This document shows, in pieces, positions 52,901-62,198 of a stretch of DNA of 64,000 nt; position 1 is the stretch's first letter, and every line of letters begins with the position of its first letter. The position numbers were made by a program, and so were the translations under genes. The notes beneath the pieces are model-generated. The model was given only the letters and a program-made list of their open reading frames with translations. It was not told where the DNA came from and searched no databases. Source of the DNA: a virus (lineage: Duplodnaviria; Caudoviricetes); the IMG/VR virus record IMGVR_UViG_3300021255_000041, positions 561 through 64,560 of that record. One strand, written 5' to 3'.

Positions 52901-55900
52901 TGTTCTTTGCGATTTCGTCGAGCACAAGAGCCCCAACTGTTAAAAGTTTCGAAACTATCTGCGGAACATATGTAATCATCCCGTCAAGTACTGTTATAAT
53001 CAAGTTGAAGAAACTCTCAACAATCCTCGGAGCGCATTCATCGAGTACGTCCAAGACCATGAGCACAAGCGCTTTTACAGCTTCCCCAATTGCAGGGGCC
53101 GCCTCAACAACAGCATCGCATATTGCCACGATTGCTTTCGCAACGACTGGTGCTAGTTTTGGTATAAAATCAATAAAAGTTTTAAGCGCTTCATCTTGAA
53201 TATCGGCTACCATCGCGATGGCTTCGACTATTGCTCTAACGAGCAAATATATTCCAGCGCCAACCCCAGCCAGCCCTACGCCGATCGCTACAATAGCAAC
53301 GCCAAGAACCGCAATCGCCGCTGCTAGTCCGAGTATGGCTGGAATAAGTGGCGACAACACTGCAGCGGCAACGCCTAATATCACAAAAACACCGGCCAAC
53401 GCCAGCAATGCTTTACCAATATTGGCAAGCGGCATTGATCCAAGAAGCATCAGCACCGGTGTTAGTACAAGCAACGCAGCCGATACTACAAGAATTGCTG
53501 CAGCCCCAGCTAATGTACCTTTCATAGCGTTAACGGCAACGACGATAATCGCCAAAGCGCCGCCCATTGCTACCAATCCTTTAGCAATGGAACTCCACTT
53601 CATTTTTCCGAGTTTCCCAAACGCTTTAACCAATAGCAGAAGACCAGCGCTTACGGCAATCAATCCCACTCCTATGCCTACCATACCCTTTGGCATAAAG
53701 TTAACTGCTACAGTGAGAACCGCCATAGAAGCGGCTAGAGTTATCAATCCCTTAGATAATTCATCAGTAGACATGGTGCCAAAAGATTGAATAACCCCGA
53801 CGAGCATTTTCATCGCTGCTGCAATAGCGATAAAACCGATACCCATGGATATCATATGGCGAGGATCTCCTGACAGCCTCATAAATATTGCCATTTCAGC
53901 AAGAATTGCACCCAAAGTCAGTAAACCTTGCTTAAGCTCATCAACGTCCATTGCGGCAAATGTTTTGACGGATCCTGTAAGAAGTTTTATTGCAAGTGCA
54001 AATATAACCATACCTGCTGCCGCCGACATCATTTTTCCATCGAATTTTGCGGTTCGTAAGAAAATGGATATCTCTGCCAAAAGAACGCCTACGCCGACCA
54101 GTCCTTTGCCTAACTCTTCCCAGTTCAACGACGACAGCGATTTACAAGCCGAAGCAAGTATCCAAACAGCCGCTGCAAATAGAATGATCTTTCCAGCACC
54201 CTCGATTGCTTTGGCCTCGCCAAGACTAAGAATCTCTATCGCTCCTACAAGTAGTGCAATTAAACCAGTTATTCCTAAAAGCCCTGTGGTCAGCTGATCC
54301 GTATCAAGAGAACCGACTTTTTTCAATGCGAAAGCAAGAATCAGCACCGAAGCGGCTAAAGCTATCATTAGCTTTCCAGCTTTCGGTATGGAGTCGTCAT
54401 CTATAGTTTCAGATATCAACTTGAGAGTTCCGACCAATTCGCCTATAAGAACCGATATAGCTCCCAATGCACCAGCTAATTTATCACTATCAATCAATGA
54501 AATAACAAACAACGATCCGGCTAAAACAGCAATTGCGGTAGCAATTTTCATCAGCACCCCTGCTTTTAACTGCTCTTGAAATGCTGATAACGTATCTTTA
54601 ACGCCGTTAAGGATACCGACAACGCCATTTCCATCTTTATCGGTAAAATCGCTTATAGCACCTTTGAAATCTTTTATAAGCTGAAAAATCGTCACACCGA
54701 TTCCTGCTCCCACAATAGAATTAAAAAGATCTATAATCCCATTAAAGTCAGCATTAGCTAATTTTTCTGCTATAAATCCAAGTCCACTCCCTAAAACGTT
54801 AAATAGCGCTGCACCAACACTTTTAACGATATTCCATAGAGACTGTAAAGCTTTCACGAACGTGCTTTGTGAAAGTGTTTCACCAAGTTCCTGAAAAATG
54901 TTGGACACTTTGTCTCTTGTTTGCGATGCGGCATCGGAAATTCCGGAAAATCTTAGACCAACGCGTTCCAGTATAGACAATACAATGGACCAGCCCGGCA
55001 TTACAATTTTCTCTTTCAACAAGGAAAACAAAGAAGTTAAAACCGAAAAGGCTCCGTCACTGAGCGAAAATATAACAGAGAAGACCGTTCTTAAAGCAGA
55101 GGCAATAGTCTGCGCAACTTTCACAAAAATGTCAGTTTCTTCTACATATGCCTTTACTCTTCCTATTAAATAACTTAATGATGTCGTACCGCTTAATATA
55201 CGATCAACTACTTCACCAAGAGCTTCAGCTAGGACAGGTAAAACAATACTGCCAAAGGCTGTAAATGCTTGTTTAACGATGCTTAACGCGTTAAATAACC
55301 CACGAAAAGTCGCAACCAACTTGTATGATGTATTAAGAGACGGTGACAAGTTTTCGGTAAACTTATGCACTCCTTCTATCAACGCGTATAATTGTTCGGA
55401 AGTAGTCGCCGGAAACACGCTTCGCCATGCCCTGCCAACTAATCCCATGACGTTCTCAAGGGCTTGAAAGGCATTTTTAAACGAATCAATGAATAATTCT
55501 CTACCGGTCGGCCTATTAAGTTCGGTCATAAGCTCGTTCAGCGGCGTTCCGGTTTCTTCAGCCTGTTTGGCGAGTCTGCGAAGAGCTATAATCTGTTCGT
55601 CAGTATATCCAAGCTCTTTAAGTTGGGCATCGGACATGCTCTCGATCGTAGCGATATTGCCAGCTTGAGCGTCAGCTTCCTCAAGAATTGCATCGGTTAT
55701 ATCCCAGGTTCCGTTCGTTAACTTACTTACAACGTTAACATAATCCTGAACCTGCTGAGGATCGAAACCTTCTTCTGCGAGTTTGGCAAAACGGGCTTCC
55801 ATGTCATTTCCGTAATCACCGCGAATAACCCCTAAAGCTGCCTCTCGAAGTTCATCCAGGTTTTTTACCGCAGTTTCCGTATTACTACCGGTAATTTTGG

Positions 55901-57221
55901 AAATTGCCTCGTTGAAGATATCGCCCGTCAGCCATCCGTTCTTCAAGGTAGCCTCAAAGCTTCCTTCTTTCTCGATCATCTCATCGAGAGCGACACCATG
56001 AGCTTTGGCTGTATCCGATACGAGTTTTTGCAGTGCGGTCCATGCGTTCGGATCGCTTATTCTGTCCTGGATTTTCGTCAAATCCTTGTTGAAATCGGTT
56101 TCATCCAGAAACCCTTTTCCTTGAAATGCTCCTTCGAGTAATTCATTGAGACCATTCACCGGTTCCGCAAAGATGTCGTACATAGCATTAGCCATGCCCG
56201 TCCACAACTTTGTGGCTTCTTCGTAGTTACCAAATATAATCTCGAATGTATGCATGAAAGACGTGCTTACAGCGTCCTGAGTGGCGTCAACGACATCTCT
56301 CCAGGTACGAGCTTCCTGAGCGGACTTAAAAGCCTTGAGCCCAAACTCGTCAAGTTTATCTCCGAGAGCTTCTATTGCTTCAGATGCTGTTACACCATGC
56401 TCTTCTGCATATTCGTAAATCTGATCAACGGCTGCAGAATACTCGTTGAACACTTTCATCATGACATCGGAAGTCAGCCACTCGTCAGTAGTCAAGTAAT
56501 TGGCGAATTTGTTAATATCAAACTCGTGGCCTTCGAGTGTAGCGTACATTCCTTCTGATGTTTTAGTCAGGGTACCTAACGCAACAGCAGCATCTAAACA
56601 ATGCTGTCTGAACTCGCGAGTGTCCATGCTGGCATTTTGAATTGATTTAAAATCATCCCAGCGAAGAGAGCCCTTTCCCATAGCCTGAGAAAGCTGGTAC
56701 ATGGCCTGGCTTGCTTTTGTCGCATTCTGTCCGGAAAGGGCTGCCCAGTTCGCAATACCTTCCATGGCAGTTACAGAAGTATTAAGATCTTGTCCAACTG
56801 CTGTAAACTTTGCTATATTCTCGACCATGTCCGTAAAGTTATAACTGGTCTCATCTGTAAACCAGTTTAACCTTTCGAGCTGTGAGTTTACGTCTTCAAG
56901 CTCGTAACCTTGTGATACGAGCGTCGCTACGGAACTGGTTTTATTCCCAAACTTTTCCCAACCGTTACGAACATTATCTATCGTGAGTGAATCCGCAAGA
57001 CGTTTGCCAGCGTTCACTGCCGAATTAGTAATGTTTGCCAAGGTCGTCGTGATCACAGTGTCCATCGCCGAGAATTTAGCCTGGACAGTTTGTACCGCGC
57101 CTTCGAAGTTCAACGAGGTTTTCAGTTTATCCAAAATCGCGAGGGTATCATTTACGCCTTTTGCGAATTGCTCGTTGTCAAATCGCATCTCGACGACTTT
57201 GGAATCTACCACCTGACTCAT
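49923..57221 (-). CDS. Tape measure protein
   Basis: 2432 aa, Ala/Gly-rich helical, tape-measure domain near N-terminus (TDETSYNFTDM). Confidence 0.9.
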   Translation of the reverse strand: MSQVVDSKVVEMRFDNEQFAKGVNDTLAILDKLKTSLNFEGAVQTVQAKFSAMDTVITTTLANITNSAVNAGKRLADSLTIDNVRNGWEKFGNKTSSVATLVSQGYELEDVNSQLERLNWFTDETSYNFTDMVENIAKFTAVGQDLNTSVTAMEGIANWAALSGQNATKASQAMYQLSQAMGKGSLRWDDFKSIQNASMDTREFRQHCLDAAVALGTLTKTSEGMYATLEGHEFDINKFANYLTTDEWLTSDVMMKVFNEYSAAVDQIYEYAEEHGVTASEAIEALGDKLDEFGLKAFKSAQEARTWRDVVDATQDAVSTSFMHTFEIIFGNYEEATKLWTGMANAMYDIFAEPVNGLNELLEGAFQGKGFLDETDFNKDLTKIQDRISDPNAWTALQKLVSDTAKAHGVALDEMIEKEGSFEATLKNGWLTGDIFNEAISKITGSNTETAVKNLDELREAALGVIRGDYGNDMEARFAKLAEEGFDPQQVQDYVNVVSKLTNGTWDITDAILEEADAQAGNIATIESMSDAQLKELGYTDEQIIALRRLAKQAEETGTPLNELMTELNRPTGRELFIDSFKNAFQALENVMGLVGRAWRSVFPATTSEQLYALIEGVHKFTENLSPSLNTSYKLVATFRGLFNALSIVKQAFTAFGSIVLPVLAEALGEVVDRILSGTTSLSYLIGRVKAYVEETDIFVKVAQTIASALRTVFSVIFSLSDGAFSVLTSLFSLLKEKIVMPGWSIVLSILERVGLRFSGISDAASQTRDKVSNIFQELGETLSQSTFVKALQSLWNIVKSVGAALFNVLGSGLGFIAEKLANADFNGIIDLFNSIVGAGIGVTIFQLIKDFKGAISDFTDKDGNGVVGILNGVKDTLSAFQEQLKAGVLMKIATAIAVLAGSLFVISLIDSDKLAGALGAISVLIGELVGTLKLISETIDDDSIPKAGKLMIALAASVLILAFALKKVGSLDTDQLTTGLLGITGLIALLVGAIEILSLGEAKAIEGAGKIILFAAAVWILASACKSLSSLNWEELGKGLVGVGVLLAEISIFLRTAKFDGKMMSAAAGMVIFALAIKLLTGSVKTFAAMDVDELKQGLLTLGAILAEMAIFMRLSGDPRHMISMGIGFIAIAAAMKMLVGVIQSFGTMSTDELSKGLITLAASMAVLTVAVNFMPKGMVGIGVGLIAVSAGLLLLVKAFGKLGKMKWSSIAKGLVAMGGALAIIVVAVNAMKGTLAGAAAILVVSAALLVLTPVLMLLGSMPLANIGKALLALAGVFVILGVAAAVLSPLIPAILGLAAAIAVLGVAIVAIGVGLAGVGAGIYLLVRAIVEAIAMVADIQDEALKTFIDFIPKLAPVVAKAIVAICDAVVEAAPAIGEAVKALVLMVLDVLDECAPRIVESFFNLIITVLDGMITYVPQIVSKLLTVGALVLDEIAKNIPMIIQSVMNLFGSIFKGITDALGEIDTNALTEIVLGIGALAGLMVAMSLLAGFIPGAMVGILGLGIVIAELGAIFLALGALAQIPGITWLVDEGSNFADLIGHAIGSFIGNIIGGIAEGATSTLPQIGTHLADFMTNAQPFFDGISAMGPEVFSSVGDLATAILKITAADLLEGIAGWITGESSVSSFAKTLPELGSALTAYADNLGESLNDTTKIDASTNLASLLATLAGSEDLKTGGVMGFIKGESIGLDKFGEQLPTLATGLASYAELINTTTFDPDKIDASINLASLLASLAGDDNLKTGGVLGFIKGESDLSEFGKDLVPLAMGLTSYAMLINTTTFDQDKIDASINLASLLASLAGEESLKKGGVLGFIEGESDLSEFGKQLVPLATGLSSYAALINTTTFDQDKINASINMASMLASLAGDEIPEGGVIGWLKGNSDKISVFAEQLPSLAEGLSTFADSMADMTITDDQVELSGKMASMLANLASNEIPDGGILGWLSGNDDKITNFAKQLPALGTALKAYSDNLGSDMDATKIETAGAAANMIAELQKAVGDVNYDGFLAKGDLTKFGEAIVSFGGKLKEFSDVEINTERLASISESAKSLVLMANRLKNTNPEDMSKFDDILNSLTSADWDKLSSIDSTKLTEIATAINDFVDTIDTSDEDVELAAQDLVTAAANALVGEKTQFEDAGKVLISNLKNGLSNEKKLKAVKDAMGKLMSSTLKKVTNKSKDFEAAGAKLSERLKAGIDSYDLRLKYSFSTALSAALTSIYGYYSYFYNAGSYVVSGFISGISANTYKAEIWGAAVAQAAVNAAQRVLDINSPSKVFYKIGSYSGEGFVNALADYIPLSYNAGKDVALSAKSGLARSMGNIADLVSSGFDIQPTVSPVLDLSNVRSGVGAIDSMLTARRTIGLTGGINAINTAMANRNQNATNDDVISAIDALGRQLQPSGNTYNTINGITYDDGSNITEAIRTLVRAARIERRA
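51400..52400 (-). repeat. About 195-bp (65-aa) tandem repeats within TMP
   Basis: Repeat registers at 51658, 51853, 52048, 52246 encoding TTFDQDKIDASINLASLLASLAG..GGVLGFIKGE; ends approximate. Confidence 0.75.
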
Positions 57222-57601
57222 ACGCGCTTAACCTCCTCCCAAGCATCTTTCGCCAGTCGATCAAAAATAGGCTGAATAGCAGGATTGATGTAATCTCTTC
57301 CTTCTACCCAGCCCCCATTGGACGTTGCGTGCCCGTATTGTAATACCAGTGCAATCGGTACACCGTTATTCACATTCGAGTTATGAAACTCTATTGAAAC
57401 CGAATTTTGATCTTTCTTTATTTCGTAATACCATGAACTTGCTGTCACACCCGTATCAACCGGCGTTGCAGACATTAAAGCGATTACGCCTTCCTTGCCA
57501 TATTTATCGAGGACACCCATATGAGCAAATTCTTTGGCTTTCTCCAGATATCCGGTCAGCTTTGAAAAATCGCCTTTCTGCCTGAAACTAACAATATTCA
57601 T
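57218..57601 (-). CDS. HK97 gp10-like tail completion protein
   Basis: SATPVDTG.TASSW, LQYGHAT, GRDYINPA. Confidence 0.7.
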   Translation of the reverse strand: MNIVSFRQKGDFSKLTGYLEKAKEFAHMGVLDKYGKEGVIALMSATPVDTGVTASSWYYEIKKDQNSVSIEFHNSNVNNGVPIALVLQYGHATSNGGWVEGRDYINPAIQPIFDRLAKDAWEEVKRV

Positions 57602-57612
57602 GGTTTACTCCT

Positions 57613-59133
57613 TTATACCGTTCGAACTACGTGATCGAGAGAAATCCAGCCGACTCCGGACTTCAACTTGCCCCATCCGGACTTGGATCCGAGACCAGGC
57701 TTAACGCCAACGATCGTGTATACACCGGGTTCAATAAACTGAACTCTTGTGTAGCCTTTTCCAGGACCAGTCCTGATGTTCAGATTATCAATCGTTACTT
57801 TAACTTTGAACGAGTTATCGGAACTCGCCGCAGTATTCTTCCCCGTGTAAACGAGCTTCCCATCGTTGTCGAATACGCTGTAGCCTGAATGTTCATCTGC
57901 GCATTTCTTTGCCAGATCGAGGTTATGGAACGCTCCAAGCTGGCTATTTTGATTTTCCCATTTGAGTCTCACACGATACCAGCTTTCCTCTTCGACCGGC
58001 TCGTCATCGATCACCACATCAGATACTTCGACCATCTCCTCGTCGAACTTTGTAAGATTAAACCGCTCGATGATAGAGCAGATCTTGCTTACATAGTTCG
58101 GATCAGTCGCATAGCCGCCATTCTTGATGATAGAAATAGCTTTCTTATAATCTGTGCAGCCCTTCAGACCGGCATAACGAAGCTTCGAACCGTTCTTTGC
58201 GCCAAGCAAATATGCGGAATGATCCGCAATAGAATCTTCAATACACGGATACTTCCTGAAATCAGCAGGTACAGTGATATACTGTTCGTTGACAAATTCC
58301 TTGGTGTTCTTTGTGTAGATGGACTTCCCATCCCAAGTGCTTCCAGACCATGAATTGCCAGAAAGTTTTTTCTTCATCCCGAAACAGTTATTTGCGTTCT
58401 GAGCCAGATCGGTCTTGCCGTATCCACTCTCAAGAACAAACTGTGCCAAGGTAACACTTGCCAGAATTCCAGATTTCTTCATATCAGCCGTACAAGACGG
58501 ACCGACTTTATTGATCGTCTCTTCTTCAGACAGGTGTCTTAAATCGGTCGCCTGAAGTCCGGAAGCTTTTACTGCCGTTTTCGGCTGTGTTTTCTTATTG
58601 GTTGTTTTTACTCCGAGAAGAGCGTTGACTTCATCGGCGATCTGTCCGAGCCTGTTGTAAATGTAGTCGCCGGGACAAGCTTTGTTTGCAAACCAGCGAT
58701 GCACAGTCATGTTCTGTTTATCGACCTGTCCGATAAGAGATTTATCAGCTTTCCATTTAAGCTCTTTGATACCGTTCCGCTTACAGATATCGGCACAGAG
58801 CTTAATCAGCGATTTATAAACAGCGTCGTTGATCGCGTATGGATGCGTCTTGTCCGATGCACACTCAATAGTGACGGCTCGATTATCATTTGAACTTGAT
58901 GACGAGCACCAGCTGCGATCACCTTCGTCAACGCAAAGTGCAATCCGACCATCAGTACCGATCCCGTAATTACAGCTGGCGCCGACGCTAGGGCTTGTAA
59001 AACAAGCACAAATCCCCTCCGCCGTGAGCTGTCCCACTACGCAGTGGATTGTGATGGTATCAATCTTGTGGTTTCTCGGACTATTTTTATTCGGGCTAAT
59101 TAGCGTATAGCTCACTAAAGGACTATTGCTCAT
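57613..59133 (-). CDS. Modular endolysin: amidase_2 + glucosaminidase + SH3-like
   Basis: ITIHC, SCNY, TIEC, HRWFANKACPG; AQFVLESGYG, NNCFGMK, GYATD; LNIRTGPG..WGKLKSG.GWISL. Confidence 0.85.
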   Translation of the reverse strand: MSNSPLVSYTLISPNKNSPRNHKIDTITIHCVVGQLTAEGICACFTSPSVGASCNYGIGTDGRIALCVDEGDRSWCSSSSSNDNRAVTIECASDKTHPYAINDAVYKSLIKLCADICKRNGIKELKWKADKSLIGQVDKQNMTVHRWFANKACPGDYIYNRLGQIADEVNALLGVKTTNKKTQPKTAVKASGLQATDLRHLSEEETINKVGPSCTADMKKSGILASVTLAQFVLESGYGKTDLAQNANNCFGMKKKLSGNSWSGSTWDGKSIYTKNTKEFVNEQYITVPADFRKYPCIEDSIADHSAYLLGAKNGSKLRYAGLKGCTDYKKAISIIKNGGYATDPNYVSKICSIIERFNLTKFDEEMVEVSDVVIDDEPVEEESWYRVRLKWENQNSQLGAFHNLDLAKKCADEHSGYSVFDNDGKLVYTGKNTAASSDNSFKVKVTIDNLNIRTGPGKGYTRVQFIEPGVYTIVGVKPGLGSKSGWGKLKSGVGWISLDHVVRTV

Positions 59134-59139
59134 TGGTTT

Positions 59140-59682
59140 TTACCCCCTTGTTCCTAAACGTTTCTTTCTGGCGGCATTAAGCGCAGCTCTTGCACTAAGC
59201 TTATTGCTGCCTTTCGCGCCTTTCTTCGGACGCTCTTCAGCCTCGCAGACACGAATAAGGGTGATCAATCTGTTCAAATGCCATTTCTGGCATTCAAAAG
59301 GAATTCCAAACTTGATCATCCAATAGTAAATAAGCTCCGATGTTACCACTCTTCTACTAGTCTTCTTATTATCTTCTTTAGAAAACCATGTGGCTGTCAT
59401 CGGAGCTTCTATATACTTCATTACTTCTTCAATATTTTCATAGGAAAGATTATTGTATACGTTCGGGTCGACACATTGAGTCAGTGTCATACACTTGATG
59501 TAATCCAGCATTTCCTCCGAAGTCTTTTCCTTCTTTGAAATGAACTCTTTCCCGTATTTTGATTCCCATTTTGAAATTGAGACAAGAGAATGCTCTAGCT
59601 GTAAACGGCATTCTTTTGTGGTGATAAATTCACCTGTCGCTTCGTCCCATCTTTCTGCTCCGGGAACGGTAATTGAAAGCAT
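59140..59682 (-). CDS. Tail assembly chaperone-like protein
   Basis: LEHSLVSISKWE, IPFECQKWHLNRL; position after the first chaperone. Confidence 0.6.
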   Translation of the reverse strand: MLSITVPGAERWDEATGEFITTKECRLQLEHSLVSISKWESKYGKEFISKKEKTSEEMLDYIKCMTLTQCVDPNVYNNLSYENIEEVMKYIEAPMTATWFSKEDNKKTSRRVVTSELIYYWMIKFGIPFECQKWHLNRLITLIRVCEAEERPKKGAKGSNKLSARAALNAARKKRLGTRG

Positions 59683-59700
59683 TCTCTCACCTCGCTCATG

Positions 59701-60153
59701 TTAGGTCGCCGGCATCAGCGTCGGTGCAGCATCTTCGACGATTGTTTTTCTATCCATCTTGGAAATTTCAGTTGCAAGATCCGCCGGGACAACGCCCTTG
59801 ACGAATTCCGTCGCCGCCCGATCATCGGATGCGAGCTCCATGAAGATGTCGGAATAAGCCTGCGTCTGAGCAAAGGCATCCCTTACTTCATCATTCTTGA
59901 TAAACCGCTTACCATCCAGGCTCTTCTCGCCGTATGATCTCAGTACAAGATCTTTAAAGATCCGCACCAGGGTCGGTTTGTTGTCCGTGCTGATCACCTG
60001 TCGCATCATCTCAGAAAGACCGCCGTTCACGCTGGTCTCCATCTCCATAAGTTCGGCTTTGGTCAGATTGAAATAGAAATCTTCAGTTCTTGTCTGGCCA
60101 TTAAAATCTTCGTAAGTTACTCTTTTCTTTAACATAGGTCGTTCTCCTTTCAA
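59701..60153 (-). CDS. Tail assembly chaperone
   Basis: MLKK.VTYEDFNG..RTEDFYFNLTKAEL; position after the tail tube genes. Confidence 0.65.
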   Translation of the reverse strand: MKGERPMLKKRVTYEDFNGQTRTEDFYFNLTKAELMEMETSVNGGLSEMMRQVISTDNKPTLVRIFKDLVLRSYGEKSLDGKRFIKNDEVRDAFAQTQAYSDIFMELASDDRAATEFVKGVVPADLATEISKMDRKTIVEDAAPTLMPAT

Positions 60154-60861
60154 TCAATCGGATTTTGCTGTAAAGACGGTGTCCTGTTCAAACTTGAACG
60201 GATCCCATAGCCATTTACCGTCTGTGTTGAAAATCCTTGGCAAGGTTGCTTCATGTTTCTCGTTTCCATATAAAAGCTGTTCGAAACCATGGAAAGCATC
60301 GATCAATCCGGCTTCTTCAAATCTTCGAGAATCCAGAACAACCGAAGCTGTCCTAAAATTCCCGTTAACAAGGACTGCCCCGGTCTGCACATCCCATGAA
60401 TAAGTCAGCGGATCAGGGCTGTCATTCCTGGAATTGTGGCTCTTCTCAGAGCTAGACGCGAGGCAGTCAAAAATGAGGTGAATTTTATAATGGTTAGTAC
60501 CATACAACGGGTTACCGACAAGGGATCGGTAGCTAAAGCCAAAGTGCTTTTTGCTCTGACCCCCTATCGATATCCCAGGGAGGAAGCTTGTCTCTCCGAT
60601 GCACCGTTTAAAGCCCGGGGGATACGAATAGGCTTCGATGGTGAAGGATAGTTCTTCATAACTGACAAGATTTAGATACTTGCGATTGTTCGCATAAAAC
60701 GGAACAGGCTCTCCGCCAGTTGGTGACTCGTTAACCGAAATCAGACCGTTCCACGCCTCCCCGGTTCCGTATTTGCCAGACTCGTACGGGTAGAAAACGC
60801 CACGGTCGACGCCAGTCTCATACACCCTTTTTCTGGCTTCATCCCATACCATTTTGAACAT
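60154..60861 (-). CDS. Second major-tail-protein paralog
   Basis: YETGVDRGV, AWNGL.SV.ESP.GGE, shared with 60870-61541. Confidence 0.75.
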   Translation of the reverse strand: MFKMVWDEARKRVYETGVDRGVFYPYESGKYGTGEAWNGLISVNESPTGGEPVPFYANNRKYLNLVSYEELSFTIEAYSYPPGFKRCIGETSFLPGISIGGQSKKHFGFSYRSLVGNPLYGTNHYKIHLIFDCLASSSEKSHNSRNDSPDPLTYSWDVQTGAVLVNGNFRTASVVLDSRRFEEAGLIDAFHGFEQLLYGNEKHEATLPRIFNTDGKWLWDPFKFEQDTVFTAKSD

Positions 60862-60869
60862 CTAAATCA

Positions 60870-61541
60870 TCAACCCTCCCCGCCTGTCTGCTCTTCTGTC
60901 GGGAACAGAGCTACAATAGCATCCGGCGTCGGAAGTGTCGGTTCAGAATCTGCACTACCGTACAGAAGGTCTTCGATCTGTTTCAGAACGTTAGCCGGCA
61001 CCTTACGGGAGTCGATCGTCAGGGAAGCAGACGGTTTGAAGTTTTCAACTGCGATCGGCGTAGTAGTCACATCCCAGGAGAATGTATCGGCTTCCGGGCT
61101 GTCGTTTACAGTACTGTGGTTCTTCTCAGTCGGAGAAGCCAGGCAGTCATACACCAGGTGCAGCTTATATCCGAGATCCGTTCCTTCTTCGTCATTACCG
61201 ATCATAGACCTATAAGTGAATCCGAAATGTTTCCGGTTCTGCTGGCCGATCATCACACCAGGTTTGATCTCTTTTGTTCCGTCGCACTCAGCGAATTTGT
61301 CCGGATAAGTATATGCCTCAATACTCAGGCCGAGTTCTTCGACAGACATGAGGTTCAGATACTTGATGTTATCAGCATAAAGCGCAGTCGCTTCGCCGCC
61401 GGAAGGGGTTTCATTTACAGCGGTGAGCCCGTTCCAGGCTTCGCCAGCTTCGTATGTGCCGCCGGTCATCGGGTAAACAACGCCATGGTCGACACCAGTT
61501 TCGTAAAAATGTTCACCGGATTTATCCCATACCAGTCTCAT
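60870..61541 (-). CDS. Major tail (tube) protein
   Basis: MRLVWD..GE..YETGVDHGV, AWNGLTAV.E.PSG, YADNIKY, IEAYTYP. Confidence 0.85.
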   Translation of the reverse strand: MRLVWDKSGEHFYETGVDHGVVYPMTGGTYEAGEAWNGLTAVNETPSGGEATALYADNIKYLNLMSVEELGLSIEAYTYPDKFAECDGTKEIKPGVMIGQQNRKHFGFTYRSMIGNDEEGTDLGYKLHLVYDCLASPTEKNHSTVNDSPEADTFSWDVTTTPIAVENFKPSASLTIDSRKVPANVLKQIEDLLYGSADSEPTLPTPDAIVALFPTEEQTGGEG

Positions 61542-61555
61542 AATTCTTTTCTCCT

Positions 61556-61864
61556 TTAATAGTATAAAACAAACACATTGTGATTCAGATTATTGGCCGT
61601 ATATGGCCGATCATACCGGCATCTCGGTAAGCGGGAAATCTTGATTGGTAATTCACTATCGGGGTCTTTGTCGATGGTCGTGATTCGATATGCAAGTTCC
61701 TGCTTATACACCGAGTTGTCAGCAAAATCGTTCGCAATTCTCTCGCGAGCATAAACGATTGCGGGATACTTCAGTTTCACGCTTTCAGGCGGCTGGAAAT
61801 ATACATTCCGGCTGCCAAGAAGTTCGCAAAGCAATTCGTGAAGCTCAAGTCTCTTCTCCATCAC
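61556..61864 (-). CDS. Tail terminator
   Basis: NVYFQPP....YPAIVY; start probably MTVMEKR. Confidence 0.65.
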   Translation of the reverse strand: MMEKRLELHELLCELLGSRNVYFQPPESVKLKYPAIVYARERIANDFADNSVYKQELAYRITTIDKDPDSELPIKISRLPRCRYDRPYTANNLNHNVFVLYY

Positions 61865-62177
61865 CGTCATTGTATACACCTCCAACCGTCAGTATCAGCC
61901 GTGGGTACTGAACCTCGACTGATGTTACTTTCCACTTAGCTCCCATGAACTCTACGTATCGCATAGAATGAAAATTCTCATAGGCAAAGGGGTCGGCTAC
62001 AATGCTAATGGTGTTGGAAATATTAAGGTTGTCGTTCGCCTGATTTGAAGATTCGTATCGCCTAGTGTTGCGAGTCACATCGCCGAAATACGGTCGTCTT
62101 GTTTCTTTGACGACATTGACACCCGGCCTCTCTTCTACCGTCTCACCGTAGCCGATAATCCCATAAAACTTTGCCAT
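61845..62177 (-). CDS. Head closure/stopper protein
   Basis: MAKFYGIIGY, NTISIVADPFA, YPRLIL..GG.YN. Confidence 0.7.
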   Translation of the reverse strand: MAKFYGIIGYGETVEERPGVNVVKETRRPYFGDVTRNTRRYESSNQANDNLNISNTISIVADPFAYENFHSMRYVEFMGAKWKVTSVEVQYPRLILTVGGVYNDGDGEET

Positions 62178-62198
62178 TTTGATTTCTCCTTCTAATTA

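Noticed and set aside
59680-59760. Tail-chaperone G/GT frameshift
   Set aside because: No slippery sequence seen at the end of 59701-60153; the next ORF has its own RBS (GAGGTG)
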